Positions 1 to 11,714 of a stretch of 64,000 nucleotides of DNA are shown here, one piece after another. Under the pieces are notes generated by a model that was not told where the DNA came from, made no database searches, and saw only the letters and a program-made list of their open reading frames with translations. This DNA comes from Lama glama (taxonomy: Eukaryota): assembly GCA_028534125.1 (NCBI GenBank), contig CM052817.1:83950001-84014000 (forward strand), in the 5' to 3' direction. The position numbers and the translations under genes were made by a program. Each line of letters begins with the position of its first letter. The first letter of the stretch is position 1.

Positions 1-161
1 CTACATAAACAGTTCTATGAAAGCAAAGTTCTAAAAATCATTAAATTTGCAGAACTGGTGCATGGGAATAGGAATTCATAGCTTTTTGAAAGTTTTTTTT
101 CTCCTCAGTGAAAACACAATTAAGTCATAATCAACGTGGATTTGGATGTGTGTCTCCCTAC

Positions 162-183
162 CACACACACACACACACACACA
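162..183. repeat. (CA)11 microsatellite in intron 1
   Basis: Direct read. Confidence 0.95.
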
Positions 184-932
184 AAAAGGATATAGAAAGA
201 AACCAGATTGGCACGCCTCCTGGGTATATGAGCTCCACCCCCAAAACCAAAACTCAGGGCGAATAACCTTGCCAGCAGTTATTAGGAATCTGCATTCTGG
301 TCTGTGTCATCCCACATACACTGTTAGTCTTGGAAAGCATCTCTCCATACCAAAACTGGTTTAAAAAAAAAAAAGAAGAAGACTCTAGAGGTGTTGCTTA
401 TATGCCCGGACTTCACAGATTAGAGGGTTGGGACCTGGAACTACGTATACTTAAACGTGGCCTTATGGGCAGTAGTAGACGGAAAAGGGAGATCAACGGC
501 AAAAGAATAGTAAAGAAAGGAAAGCTGTGAATTACAGGGCCTAAAACTTTAGGTCCCTACTTTAGAAATCTTGCCTCCCTTCTGCCCCCAACCATCCCAG
601 GAATCAGAAAGCCCAGGAAAGGCTGAGGCGACAACTAAAAGGATTTTGAAAAACTCAGCACAGGAAAAGGCTGCGAGGAGAAATGGGATGGGGGAAAGAT
701 GAAAGCTGAGAGCTGGTTCCTGGGGCAACATTGGGATCCGACTTTGGGGGGAAACGCCGTAGGTGCCCGAGCTCGGGTGTGTGTGGGGGGCGGGCCGTTT
801 CAGATGCCGCAGACTAGGCGCGGGGGTCCAGACGTCGAGAAGGCTGGCAAACTAACCCGGTGCCCAGGCGCCTCCCCATCAGAAGGGGGATGCTCTTGAG
901 CTGCAGGGGGTCCTCCCCCTCCCCTTCCAACT

Positions 933-941
933 CCTCACCCG
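933..941 (-). other. 5' splice donor of PGRMC2 intron 1
   Basis: Minus strand CGG|GTGAGG, GT at 938-937, exactly where protein similarity stops. Confidence 0.93.
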
Positions 942-1356
942 GGCCGTAGAACTTGCTGCCTTTGGTCACGTCGAAGACTTTCCCATTGACCGCGAGCAGG
1001 ATGCGCGGGTTGCGAGACCCGTCGTACTGGCGCAGCTGCTCCAAGCTGAAGTCCCGCTTCTTCATACGAGGCAGAGTGGCGGCAGGGCTCTCCTCGCCCG
1101 CCCCGGCCCCAGCGCCCAGACCTCGCCGCCCCCAGCGCACCCACAGCCGGTAGGCCCCCAGCAGCACCAGCGCCACAAGCGCCACGTTCAGCAGCATCTC
1201 CCCGCCCCCCGTCAGAAGCGCCAACGCCGCTGCCGCCCAGCCACCCCCTTCTGCTGCTGCTCCCGCGCTGCCGGGGCTCTCGCTGCTACCGTCGCTGCTG
1301 CTCTCGCTGCCACTCCCTAGGGTGCCTAGCTTCACGTCCCCATCACCCGCCGCCAT
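939..1356 (-). CDS. PGRMC2: Membrane-associated progesterone receptor component 2, coding exon 1 (N-terminus, TM helix, start of cytochrome b5-like heme/steroid-binding domain)
   Basis: Translates [20 protein letters not shown]...[23 protein letters not shown]...[40 protein letters not shown], recognisable as PGRMC2. ATG at 1356 in strong context (GTG ATG G). 418 nt, ending in a phase-1 donor CCG G|GTGAG. Later exons lie beyond the left edge. Confidence 0.97.
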
Positions 1357-1428
1357 CACTGCCCGCCAGCGCCTTCCTCCTCCTCCCCGCCCCCTGCCCT
1401 CCCCAACCCCACGACTGGCCCCGCCCAT
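1357..1428 (-). CDS. PGRMC2: Optional 24-aa N-terminal extension from upstream in-frame ATG ([24 protein letters not shown])
   Basis: ATG at 1428 is in frame with no stops. The 24-aa length matches the recalled difference between long (247 aa) and short (223 aa) human isoforms. Kozak -3 position is weak (C). Confidence 0.6.
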
Positions 1429-2953
1429 ATGGGCCCTCCCAGCCAATAACGTGAGGGTAGGGGGTGGGGTCAGGCCGGCTCCCGATTGGGTGTTGACGGG
1501 GTAACGTAGTCTTGGATCTCTCCCTTCCCCTCCCTCCTTTTGCAGGCCGCGCTCGCGTGCGACGCCCCGCCCACCTCGACCCACATGTCTCTGCTTTCTC
1601 CAGTCACCTCCTCTAGTTGAAGCAAAAGAGAGGGGCGGGCCTGAAGAAAAAAAGCTGCGCCGGCCGCGCGCGCGCATGGGCGGGGCGAGACTACGGCGCG
1701 TGCGCGGGTTTCGGGCGCCACGCGCTCGCCTTTCCTCTGCAACCTTACTGGGAGGCACGCTCCGCCCAGTCCCCTCGCTGTGCGCGTGCGCCCAGGAATC
1801 GCTTCCCTTCCCAGGTTTGGGTTTGCGTCCGCGAACTCCCGCCTCTTCACTCTCTCTCCGCCCGAGAGCTTGGCGTGCGCGGAGGCGGCTGCTGAGGCGG
1901 GGTCTGCCCTAGCGCCTTTCGGAGGGCGCGGGCTGGTAGTTTAGTGGGAGGCCGCGACATGGTTTTAACTGCTTTCGCAAACTGATAAGGGGTGTCTCTC
2001 TCTCAACCCCCAGGGCGCCGTCGCGCTTGCCCAGAAGCCTGGAGCGTGGGCGGGCAGGCAAAGCAACTGCCCAGAAGTTTTGGCGACTAGCTGGAGTCGC
2101 CTGACAAGGAGAGAGCGCTCGGAACCCTCACGAGGATTATTTGGCCAAGGGAATGTACGTGCTGTGTGCGCTGACACCGAGTAGCCACTCCCCCGTGGTT
2201 TTGGCCAAGGCTTGTAGAATTTTCTTTCAGGTTTTTGACTAAAGGTGTCATTATTTCTTAAATCGTAATCTCTGGAGCGGTAGAGAAGTGCATAGGATAT
2301 GGTAGTCCTTCTGTTTGCTCATCTAGCTTTATTTACAGTTTCTTTTTGTCTACCTGGGTCTTTTAGAATTTTCTAGCCTCTTGAGTCCTGAAAATTCCAG
2401 GGTACATGTCAGTTCTGAAGCCTCATTCTGGGCCCCTCACTTCACTTACTCAACTCATTTGACGTGCTCTCTCCCGCCGTAGTCTTGTCTTTGTGTCGCT
2501 GAGTTTCCCCCATTACCACCCCCCCCATCCCGCCTCACCGCTGTGAACTACCCTTGTGGTGAATGAAGGTGTACTGAGGGAGTGACAGTTTTCATTTAAT
2601 CTTGAGCTGATGGGATGAAGGAGAGACGTGGGCAGGCAATGGGGACGTATGGTATGCTTATTGGAGAAACAGCAGATGATCCATTTGGGATTTAAGTACT
2701 GAAGAGGAGCAAACTCTGGAAAACCAAGGTTGTAGTCTTCATTATCAAGGGATAGGCTTGGACTTCATATTGCTGGTTTTGAAGGAACCATTGAAGATAC
2801 GAAGGGGCAAGTGAGAATCAAAACTCTTCACTAGAGGGAGTATCTACCAGGTGTGTGAAGCATTGGACTGGGAAAAAAGAATGGGAAACCAATTAGTAGG
2901 CTACCATATTTGTGCAGGAAGTGAGGAACACTGAACTGATGGTGGTTTTAGAG

Positions 2954-3253
2954 TAGGCATCTGTAAGCTTTTCTTTAAAGGGCCGAGCATTAATATTTTA
3001 GGCATTGTTTGTCATAATTACTCACTCTGCTTTCTAGTGAGAAAGCAGCCATAGACAATTCTTAAAGGAATGAGTATGGCTGTGTTCCAGTAAAACTGTG
3101 GACACTGAAATTTTAATATAATTTTAGGTATCATGGAATATCATTCTTTTGACTTTTTCAATTGTTTAAAAATGTAAAGACTTTTTTTTTTTTTTTTTTT
3201 TTGCTTTCCAGAGGTACAAAAACAGCCTACGGGCCATAGTTTGCTGACCCTTG
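2954..3253 (+). mobile_element. MER58B-like hAT-Charlie non-autonomous DNA transposon
   Basis: AAAGCAGCCATAGACAAT...GGCTGTGTTCCAGTAAAACT core, end TAGTTTGCTGACCCTTG. 8-bp TSD TTTTAGAG (2946-2953) / CTTTAGAG (3254-3261). Confidence 0.85.
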
Positions 3254-3749
3254 CTTTAGAGGCATCTTAAGGCAGAGTGAGCAATATTTAATTGGGTGTA
3301 AGTGACCATGTATGGTCTGTCCTTCTCCAATCTCCGGCATAATTTTGTAAGTTAAAGGAGTCACGATTAATTACACAGGAAGAATAGGAGTAAAATCAGA
3401 TTGTCCCACGCAAATCTCATGAGTGGTCATCCTAAGGTTAAGGTTAGTGGTTAATAGAAGTCGAAAACTGCTTTAGGATATGGTAAAAGGAAATGGAAAT
3501 GCCAATTATGTAAACAGGGAGTTGGGAAGAAACTGGTTTTAGGGAGAAGGTGGCTGTAGCAGTCCTGGGTGTCATATGGTTGGGACAACATCAACAGGCA
3601 GGAAGAAGCCATACCAGAGGCTTCACAGCAGTCCACTCCTTATATCTTATTTACCAGAACTAGGTTGCGAGCTAGACCCTAAAGCAGTAACTGACAAGAA
3701 GCATGGGACTACCGGGATTGGTAAGTGTTTATCTGGCTTTTGGAAACTT

Positions 3750-3911
3750 ATGCAGGACTGTGGTGTACATTGCTGGACATTTAGCATCTCTGGTACCTTC
3801 CTACTAAATGTCAGTAGCAACCCCAGGCATTGTGACACCAAAACACCCAACCCTCTTCCACGCCACCCAACACATACTCCCTAGAGAGATGAGACTGGTT
3901 GAGAACCACTG
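3750..3911 (-). mobile_element. MER20-like hAT remnant
   Basis: Resembles MER20 reverse complement and ends GGTTGAGAACCACTG. Confidence 0.65.
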
Positions 3912-4135
3912 GCTTAGACCAATCAGGATTTACCTTGTAACTGAATTATGTGTGTGTAGGTTTCTTTTTCCTGATTAGTTTGGAGGGAAGAGAGGAATTG
4001 AGCAGTATTGAAGTTCTGTTGTCAAGGAAGTAGGGTGGGGAATGTTGGGTAGGTAACTAACATTATCTGCCATGGGAATTAAACCTTTTCTTTTATACTC
4101 TTGATAAAATAAGTATCTCAGCTTCACACTTGAAG

Positions 4136-4235
4136 CTCTTCTTCTCCTTCTTCTTTCTTCTTCTTCTCCTTCTCCTTTCTTCCTCCTCCCCCTCCCCCTC
4201 CCCTCCTCCTCCTTCTCCTTCTTTTTTTTTTTTTT
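4136..4235. repeat. Pure polypyrimidine/polypurine low-complexity tract
   Basis: About 100 bp of only C/T (CTT/CCT units ending in a T run). Confidence 0.95.
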
Positions 4236-4817
4236 GAGTCCTCTGAGTAATTTATGTTTATTCTAAGCCCTCTGAACTGGTCTAGGAGGGAGGTCCCCCC
4301 CCCCCGACCCCAATTCTCCCAGTAGGATACTCTTGCTTTGAATACTGCAGTAACTTTCTGACTGGTGACTTGCTCTGTCTTTCCTCCCTTCCCTTCCATT
4401 CCTACATGAAGGGACTTGTCCTGTATGCTGATTTCCTTTACTCAGTTACTTATGCCCAGGGATGCTCAGCTATCTCAGAAACTCAGTTGGCACTCAGAGG
4501 CCTCCCTATATCTACAAGTGGCTTTCCTGCCTTCCCTTCCCCAGCAAACCTAAGCCACTATTCCCCGATTGACTTGTCATTGCTATGGAAGATGTACCTC
4601 TCTAGACCTGATCTTTCTCTGGGAGGTATTAGTACTAACTAACAAATGTTTCCATTTCTTTTCCCATGCACACATAGTAGACTTGCATTTTCCTATTCCT
4701 CCGAACTCAGCATGGCCACTGAAGTGTGATTGAAGTGATCTGTGTCACTTCGAAGCAAAAGCTGTAAGAACTCATGTACAATTTCTCATGCTCTTTCTTT
4801 TTGGTACAGTGACAGAA

Positions 4818-5301
4818 TGTTTTAGTTATCTATTGCTGCATAACAAACCATCCCAAATCTTAATGACTTTAAACATTAACCATTTTATTATCTCTAATGG
4901 TTTACGGGTTGAAAGGGCTCATGGGCAGATGTCTATTCTTGCTTGAGTTCTCTCATATGATTCCAGGCAGGTATTATATGGGGCTGGAGTAATTTGGAGG
5001 CTCAACTGGGATGCTAGGATGGCTGAGCCTTTCTTTTTCCAGTGCTATCCCAGGGCATCACTTCACCTGGCTTCTTCTGCAGAGTAGCCTGATACCTTAC
5101 ATGATGGTTCAGGACTCTGAAAACCACAAAAGCAAATGCTTCCAGGTCTTTATAAGCCTTAAGCCTGGAAATAACATATTCTGTTGGTAAAAGCTGACAG
5201 AGGACCATCTCAGTTTCATGGGGAAGGGAAGTAAACTCCACCTCTTGATGGGGACTGGGGAGAAGAGTGACAAAGAATTTGTGGCCTTCTTTAATCTACC
5301 A
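4818..5301 (-). mobile_element. Nested MLT1-family LTR, opposite orientation
   Basis: Begins TGTTTTAGTTATCTATTGCTGCATAACAAACCATCCCAAA and ends TTTAATCTACCA, typical of a reversed MLT1 LTR. Confidence 0.75.
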
Positions 5302-5416
5302 GCCCAACAGTAGTTCACATGGTGGCTGCTTCCATCAGTCGGGGTCCTTGAATCAGGACAAAGTGGAAAAGAGACCTCAGTTAACACACGTTTGTATGCG
5401 TGAGAAATACATTTCT

Positions 5417-5582
5417 TTCTTTTTTTAAAAAAAATTTCATTTATTTATTATTATTTAATTTTGGCAGGGTGGGAGGCAATTAGGTTTATTTTTATTTTTT
5501 GGGAGGAGGTACTAGGGATTGAACCCGGGACCTTGTGCATGCTAAGCATGTGCACTACCATTTAAACTATACCTTCCCCCCA
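5417..5582 (-). mobile_element. tRNA-Ala-derived SINE, vic-1-like (camelid)
   Basis: Minus strand GGGGGAAGGTATAGTTTAAATGGTAGTGCACATGCTTAGCATGCACAAGGTCCCGGGTTCAATCCCTAGTACCTCC plus A-rich tail. Intact B box (5515-5525). Perfect 14-bp TSD AGAAATACATTTCT (5403-5416, 5583-5596). Confidence 0.88.
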
Positions 5583-8500
5583 AGAAATACATTTCTGTTT
5601 TCTAAGTCACTGAGTTATTTGGGGTTGTTTGGTAGCAAATAAAGCCTAATCTATACTAATACAAAAATTGGTGCTGGAAGTAGGGCACTGCTGTAACAAA
5701 ACTCTAAAATATATGGCATTGACATATGACTGTGTTATAAATGTTAGTGGTTGGTTGTTAGCATCCAGCTCTGATTCACTTGTGAATCTCCCAGCAAACC
5801 TAGCTTAGGAATTGAGCTCAATATTTCTTAAATAAGAGAGACTGTTTCTTGTAATTCTGTTTTATTTCTCTATTTTAGGGGAAAACACTTCTTTCCCACA
5901 TCAGATGTTTCTTGAAGTATGGAGGGGGTGCCACTAACATAACACTCAATACTTTATTGCAGCACTACCAGCAAGTTTCCTGATGTGTAAGTTTGGCACG
6001 TGCAGCCCACCTTCTTCTTCTTTCATTTCTCATGGGAGCCAGGCCACCCACAGAAAGTGTGCTTTCTGCTCTGCTGCTTCATACCACGAGTTTCACAGAG
6101 TTCTGTCGGTGCCAAGGCAGGCCTGCCCATGCCAAGGAACTTGGGGTAAGCTAACAGGATAGGCCCTCTGAGGGAAGGGGAGCTCCAGGTTTGGGAGCTA
6201 AGTTCACTGCCAGGCAGTGACACAACCTGTTGTTTGAACTTTAATTCATAAGAGCAAGAGAGTTCAATGTTGGACGTTAATAATTTTGGACTTTAACATG
6301 AAGTTGGTACTAATTACTTTGGGCTATAATTTGGAAGAACAAGATAATGTGATCTCTGAATGTTTCACTTCTTGCTGGAAAATTCATATTGGGAAGGTGT
6401 TGTAATAAAATCGAGGACATCTTTTTGGCTCTTAATTTTTACAGTATGTTTATGTTATTTGATCTTTTTAGAGCTTCTGATAATGCTGAACAAGTTCATG
6501 GGAAATTTGAGGTGGCAAATAGAACAGTTTGTGAATTACAGCCTTGGGTACAGAATAGTATGGGAGCTGATTTAATTGATGTATTGTTCTGACCCATTCA
6601 GGACATTCTGGAAACAAAGCCTACACTTTACCAGTGGCCCCACGAGATTCCACAAAAGAAGTGAAATCAGTATTGAAGTGGCCTTATGAAGATGGCAACA
6701 GGACTACCCTAACTGACTGCTAACTTCTTACCCAAGGGGGATTCACATGTCCCAGGTTGATCTCATGGGTAAGCTGAAAGGGTTGAGGCAATGATCTTTA
6801 TACATTTTTGATGACATACCACAGAAAATAATTTTTAGGTTTACATGTGAAATTTTTTGTCCTTAATTGCAAAAAAGTGTAATTTCTAGTATAATGTAAA
6901 TATGAACATTTGAAAATAAAAAGGGTCATGTCACTTAAAAATGCACTTAATGAAATTAAATCCCATAGAAATTTAAAATCACTATCATCCATTTTTACAG
7001 AAATTTTACATTATTCTTTTTTCTCTTTGAATTTGTATTTTTATTCTACTTCCCCACAGAAGTCTTAGAAATATATTTTATGCTCAAATGTATTTTATTG
7101 CTTATCCAATCTTTCTTTTATGCAATAAAAAATTATTTATAATTTAAAAAAAATTTCTATGACCAAAAGATTCTCAAGTACCAAAAATTTCTTTTGGATT
7201 GAGTTATTATTATAATTATTATTAGAAACACATAATTGATCATAACTGCATTACAGATTTTTACAAATAATTACTATAGAGAACTAAAATTTTATTGGAA
7301 ATATGTCTCAATGAAATGGATGAAGTTCCCCCTCTCCAGTTAGTTTATGAATGTAATTTTCTGCTAGAAGACAGAATAAGAAAACATGTGGGGGTATTAT
7401 TAGGTGCAGAGCTTACAAAGATGAATAAATGATTGTTGTTAAATGCATTCTTTACAATAGAAAATTATATATTTAAATCTAAGTTTATTATGTAAAAGAG
7501 ATGGCTAATGAGGTGACAGATGGTTAACTGGTGATAATGAGCAGAAGTGTTTGGGTAAAAAAAAAAATGAGTATTGACTTACTGGATTCAGTAATCCTTA
7601 GGTAAAAATTAGTGAAAATATTTTCTCCCAGGAGTTTGAGTAATTGTTCAAAAAACACTACAAAACTTTACCGTAGCTCTGATATATGTTCCTTTTACAT
7701 GTAACATTGATCTGTTGGAAGGAAATTTGGAATTTTTTAACACCTCTTTCCTTGAAATAATTTGAAATATGCAGTTGAAACACACGAGGATGATATCACG
7801 TTCTTTCTCATTACTGAGCAGGTGTACCTTGCAGCTGATGGGTATTTCCCAGAATGTTTTTCACAAATTTTCCATTTTTGAATTCTGAGATAGATATATG
7901 GAACATGAAACTTTACTGTGAGTTTGTTACCCATATGAAGTAGGACCCTGTTGCTGTCTCAACAGTCTTCTTTGACAGCATCAGGGAGTGGAAGAGGAAA
8001 TGGCATTAGGCAAAAATGATCATAACTTCTGCTACCCAACTCTACAATATATCTGAATTCAGAACACCACAACACAGACCAAAATACCCAATTTCTAACA
8101 CCATGCTTTTCTCCTAAAAGAAACATATTTAAGATAAGGAAAGTCAGGAAATCTGCTGCTTATCATGCCTTGATTAAATTAAATATTGACATCAATATTT
8201 ACAATTGTTCCTTCGTATGGTGCCTTAGAGGCTTTTTGCACATGGGAGCAGTTTGCCACAGTGAGACCTGTGATGGGTGAGAGGAGAAAAGATTGATTTA
8301 AAAAATGATTTGAAATCGGAAAGTTGAATTGGTGTCTCAGCAATTATCTGTGCTTGTATTCCCCTTAGAAAGTACTTATAGAATCTCAGGGTAGACTTAT
8401 TCTAGTTTGGAGATTACTAGATTAAGAGAATAAAATTAGGTGAGGAATGTGGTGTAGTTGCAGGGGATTTTATTAACACTCCCAGCTTCTTGGGCCAGCT

Positions 8501-9629
8501 TTTCCTCTTCCCAGCAAGTAAGATACTAGATGGTAAGAAACTGGGTAAGAAAGCTCAGCCTCTTGACTAGTCTTATTTTTGGAGTCACGCTTATCAGAAA
8601 TCATGACTTCTAGACTGTTACTTTATGCTGCAAAATTTACGGGGACAAGTTGTGATCTTTTGGTTCTTCTCATCAGAAACTCCTGGACCTACTTGCTACT
8701 AAAAATCTGTGTTCTGCTAGAGAACTTCCTTTCAGTAATCATGATAAAGTCCAAGCCAGTCAGAATTTCCTCTAGTGTATGACAGTAGTTGAATTATGCA
8801 TGCCAATTTATTACAGAGGATTCAAGAGCAGTTTATTCTGCATTAAACTGAAGCTTTAAGCTCCTGGTTTTTGTTTTTTCAATCTAAAAAGCAGCTCATT
8901 TTCTATAGATCTAAATGCTTAAAGATTTGTGTCCCTTTAAAAAGTGCCATTTACTTGAAATATTAAAGATCTGTCGGCCCAGAGCTTCTATTACAGTTAT
9001 CACATCTTTATTTTGCTTTATAATCTTTTCTCATATGAGGCCCATGTTTTCTATCATTGTTTTATGAATGTTAAAATCAAAATTTAGCAAGCCAAATAAC
9101 ATACACAGGAAGAAACAGAATGGCAAGCCTGATTTCCTTAGTCAACCCATTATTATATTCATCCACCTTCTGTGAAACTCTGGTAATAGTATGTCTTGAA
9201 GAACTAACTGTTTAAAGTTAAGGAGCAAATCTTTTCCTACTGATCTTAACTCTTCTGATGTTTTATATATATTGCCCAGTAATAATCGTCCTTTAGAAAA
9301 TTACATTTTGAAAACAAACTGCACTCATCCCTATGTACAAATCTATGAAATATATACAAAATAGTACTAGGGAAAAAACAAGGACTGAATATAATTTCAT
9401 GGCTAAAGAACATAGGAAAATTCACAGTAGTATTTGTTGTGTTAGTATGCACAGCACTATCAAGTGCTGAGAATGTTCAGGGGCCTCAGTACACCATATC
9501 CCTCTTCCTGCCAAGTTGTGAACAAACTGAAAAATAGGAAAAAGAATAGACAGCTGAGAACAATCACTCTTATTGGTGAAGCTGTTGCTATAGACAAGAT
9601 GGCACTTCCCTACCTATACCTCAATAATG

Positions 9630-10165
9630 TCTTTCCCTTGCAATTAGAATAAAATCTAAGCTCCTTATCATCTGTTCTACACCTACCCTCTGATTGCTCT
9701 CCACTCACCTTTTTTCATTATGCTCCAGCCAACCTGATTTTCTATCTTTGTTTGAATGCTTCAAGCTCATTCGTACCTAGAGATTTTGCATTTGCTCTTT
9801 TTCGTGCCTGGAATTCTCTGCCCCTAGGTTTTCTCATGGCTGACTGATTCTCATTACTTAGGTCACAGCTCAAATGTCCATCCCTCAGAGAAGTCATATC
9901 CTGACCACACCTCCAAAGAGCTTTCACTTTTTCCCCCTAACTTTAATTATTCTCTGTCCTGCTTAATTTTCTTCACAGTTTTTAGTACTACCAGAACTTA
10001 CCTTATTTTACATTTATTATCTGTCCTTCTGCTAACCCCCAGTAGAATGTGATTCCATGATGGGTAGGGTTCATCTGTCTTGTTCCCTGCTGTATCCTCA
10101 GAATTTAGAATGAAAGTTGCCATTTAGTGGAGGGTTATTACATATTTGGTGAATGAGAGAATGAC
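9630..10165 (+). mobile_element. L2 LINE 3' remnant
   Basis: Degenerate L2 3' sequence (GCCTGGAATTCTCT...AAATGTC...TAGAATGTGATTCCATGA) ending TTTGGTGAATGAGAGAATGA. Confidence 0.75.
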
Positions 10166-10537
10166 TCAAGGTCCAGATATAGTCAGGAAAGGCCTCCCAA
10201 GAGACCTTTACCTTAGAAATTTACCTTAGTTCAGAGTTGTAGCCCTTTGTTTAAAATGTAAATGTTGGCTTTTGCCAGCACATAGAGGGTTTTTTTTTTC
10301 CCCTCCAGTGCAGAACTTGTATTAACTAAAGTATAAGATTGACATATAAAAATCCCTTTGCCAGTTTGTTAGTTTTCAGTGAACAATATAACTGTCACAT
10401 GGACCCAGACTTGCAGTGATATGATCTGTTATGGGCAGAAAATCATACATAGGACAGGGAATTAAATTAGAAACATTTTGGGAAAACATAGAATACAAGA
10501 AAAGTGAAAGAGTTAGATGGCTTATGTGTTTCAAGAC

Positions 10538-11045
10538 ATTCATTTATTTAACATTCATTATGGATTTCTGACTTTGTCTTATATTCTGTGCTAGGTACTG
10601 AAGACTCAACAAGAAATACTATTAAGCACCAGCCCTTACGGGATGTGTAGTTTAGTGAAGAGGCAGACCATAAATTGACAATTACAAACCAGTGTCAAAA
10701 GTGCTCTTTTTAGGTTAATGTCGGGATGATATAGGAGGACCTAGAAGGGAAACTAAGCCTTGGGGGATCAAGGTGAACCTCCTAGGAGATGGGATGTTTG
10801 AGCTGAGCTCTGAGGAGTTACCCAAGCAGAACAAGGAAAGGCATGGGGGAAGGGCACTGCTGGCAGAAGCTACAGCCTGAGCAAACGTTTGGAAGCTGGA
10901 GAGAGCAGAGCTTTCTAAGAACTACAAGTAGTTTAGTGAGGTTGGGGCAAGATGGGCTGAGAAGCCTGGCTCTTAGACTCATGGACCTAGGTAGGTCTGG
11001 ACTTTATCCCTGTAAAGAGTAAAAGGGAGCCACTGAAAGTTTTTT
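10538..11045 (-). mobile_element. L2 LINE remnant
   Basis: Starts CATTCATTTATTTAACA, followed by L2-like reverse sequence. Confidence 0.65.
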
Positions 11046-11714
11046 TTTTGATGGAGGGGCAGAGTTCATCATTGCCAGAGTATAGCCAATACCTTGCATT
11101 CCTTTCTTCCAAAGAATTTTCCTTGAATATCGAGGAAAGTCCACGCTCCTTTTCCGAGAACCCACAACTTTTCCTCTGTCCATTCCCAGCCGCATACCTG
11201 CTGCCCTCCATTCTGCACACTGCGTTCCAGACCTGTCAAACTTCTCAGCTTTTCGATTCACTTCCCAATATTTAGTTATGCTTTTGTATCCCCCACTCCT
11301 GCTAACACTCTCACTCACGCCACTTTCAAAAAATGTTATTGGATTAGTCTTCCAAACTATAAAAGCAATATATATTCTTTGCTACAAGCCAAACAACATT
11401 GAGATGTACAAAGAAAGACTTAAAACTCTCTCCTTTCCTCTCACCACCACACTCATACATGCACAGTGTGCTCTAAAATATATGTACTATTTTAACTAAA
11501 ATAGATGTATGCTATACAGTTTGTACAGTTCTCCCCTACTCCTCCAACAGGGTATCATGGACATCATTCCAGTACTTGCTGGATGTCAGTCCCTATGCTT
11601 TATCTCATTTACCCCACAGCTACCATGTGAGGTAGGTACTGTTATCTCCAGAGGGTAGATGAGGAACTGAGATGTGATTAATTCGCCCAAGGTGCATGGA
11701 TTGTGGAAGCATCA

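Larger units (their letters stand above)
740..2200. promoter_or_regulatory. CpG island / TATA-less PGRMC2 promoter
   Basis: Very GC- and CpG-rich against CpG-depleted flanks. GC boxes (~1419, ~1565, ~1632, ~1678), CCAAT at 1443-1447, ATTGG at 1485-1489, NRF1-like GCGCGTGCGC at 1696-1705 and 1782-1791. Confidence 0.9.
4645..5725 (+). mobile_element. MLT1 (MaLR) LTR plus start of internal sequence, interrupted by two nested insertions
   Basis: LTR 3' end ...TAAGTCACTGAG...CTAATACA (~5663), followed by MaLR-internal start AATTGGTGCTGGAAGTAGGGCACTGCTGTAACAAA. Confidence 0.65.

Noticed and set aside
814..1758. 314-aa ORF as a complete single-exon protein
   Set aside because: It starts at a non-ATG codon in the GC-rich promoter and reads through the splice donor at 938. 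Only 939-1356 (or 1428) is PGRMC2-like.
1470..2177. Several overlapping Arg/Ala/Gly-rich ORFs
   Set aside because: Expected by chance in a CpG island, with no recognisable domains.
3182..3202. T21 run as a retro-insertion
   Set aside because: No flanking TSD. More likely slippage expansion within MER58.
4124..4399. 91-aa Lys/Arg/Gly/Glu-rich ORF
   Set aside because: Translation of the polypurine low-complexity tract.
5417..5582. tRNA-Ala gene
   Set aside because: A-rich tail, TSD and degenerate A box show it is a SINE.
5730..8420. Possible ancient LTR or hAT-Charlie remnants
   Set aside because: Looks repeat-derived, but I could not assign a family or termini by eye. Needs RepeatMasker.
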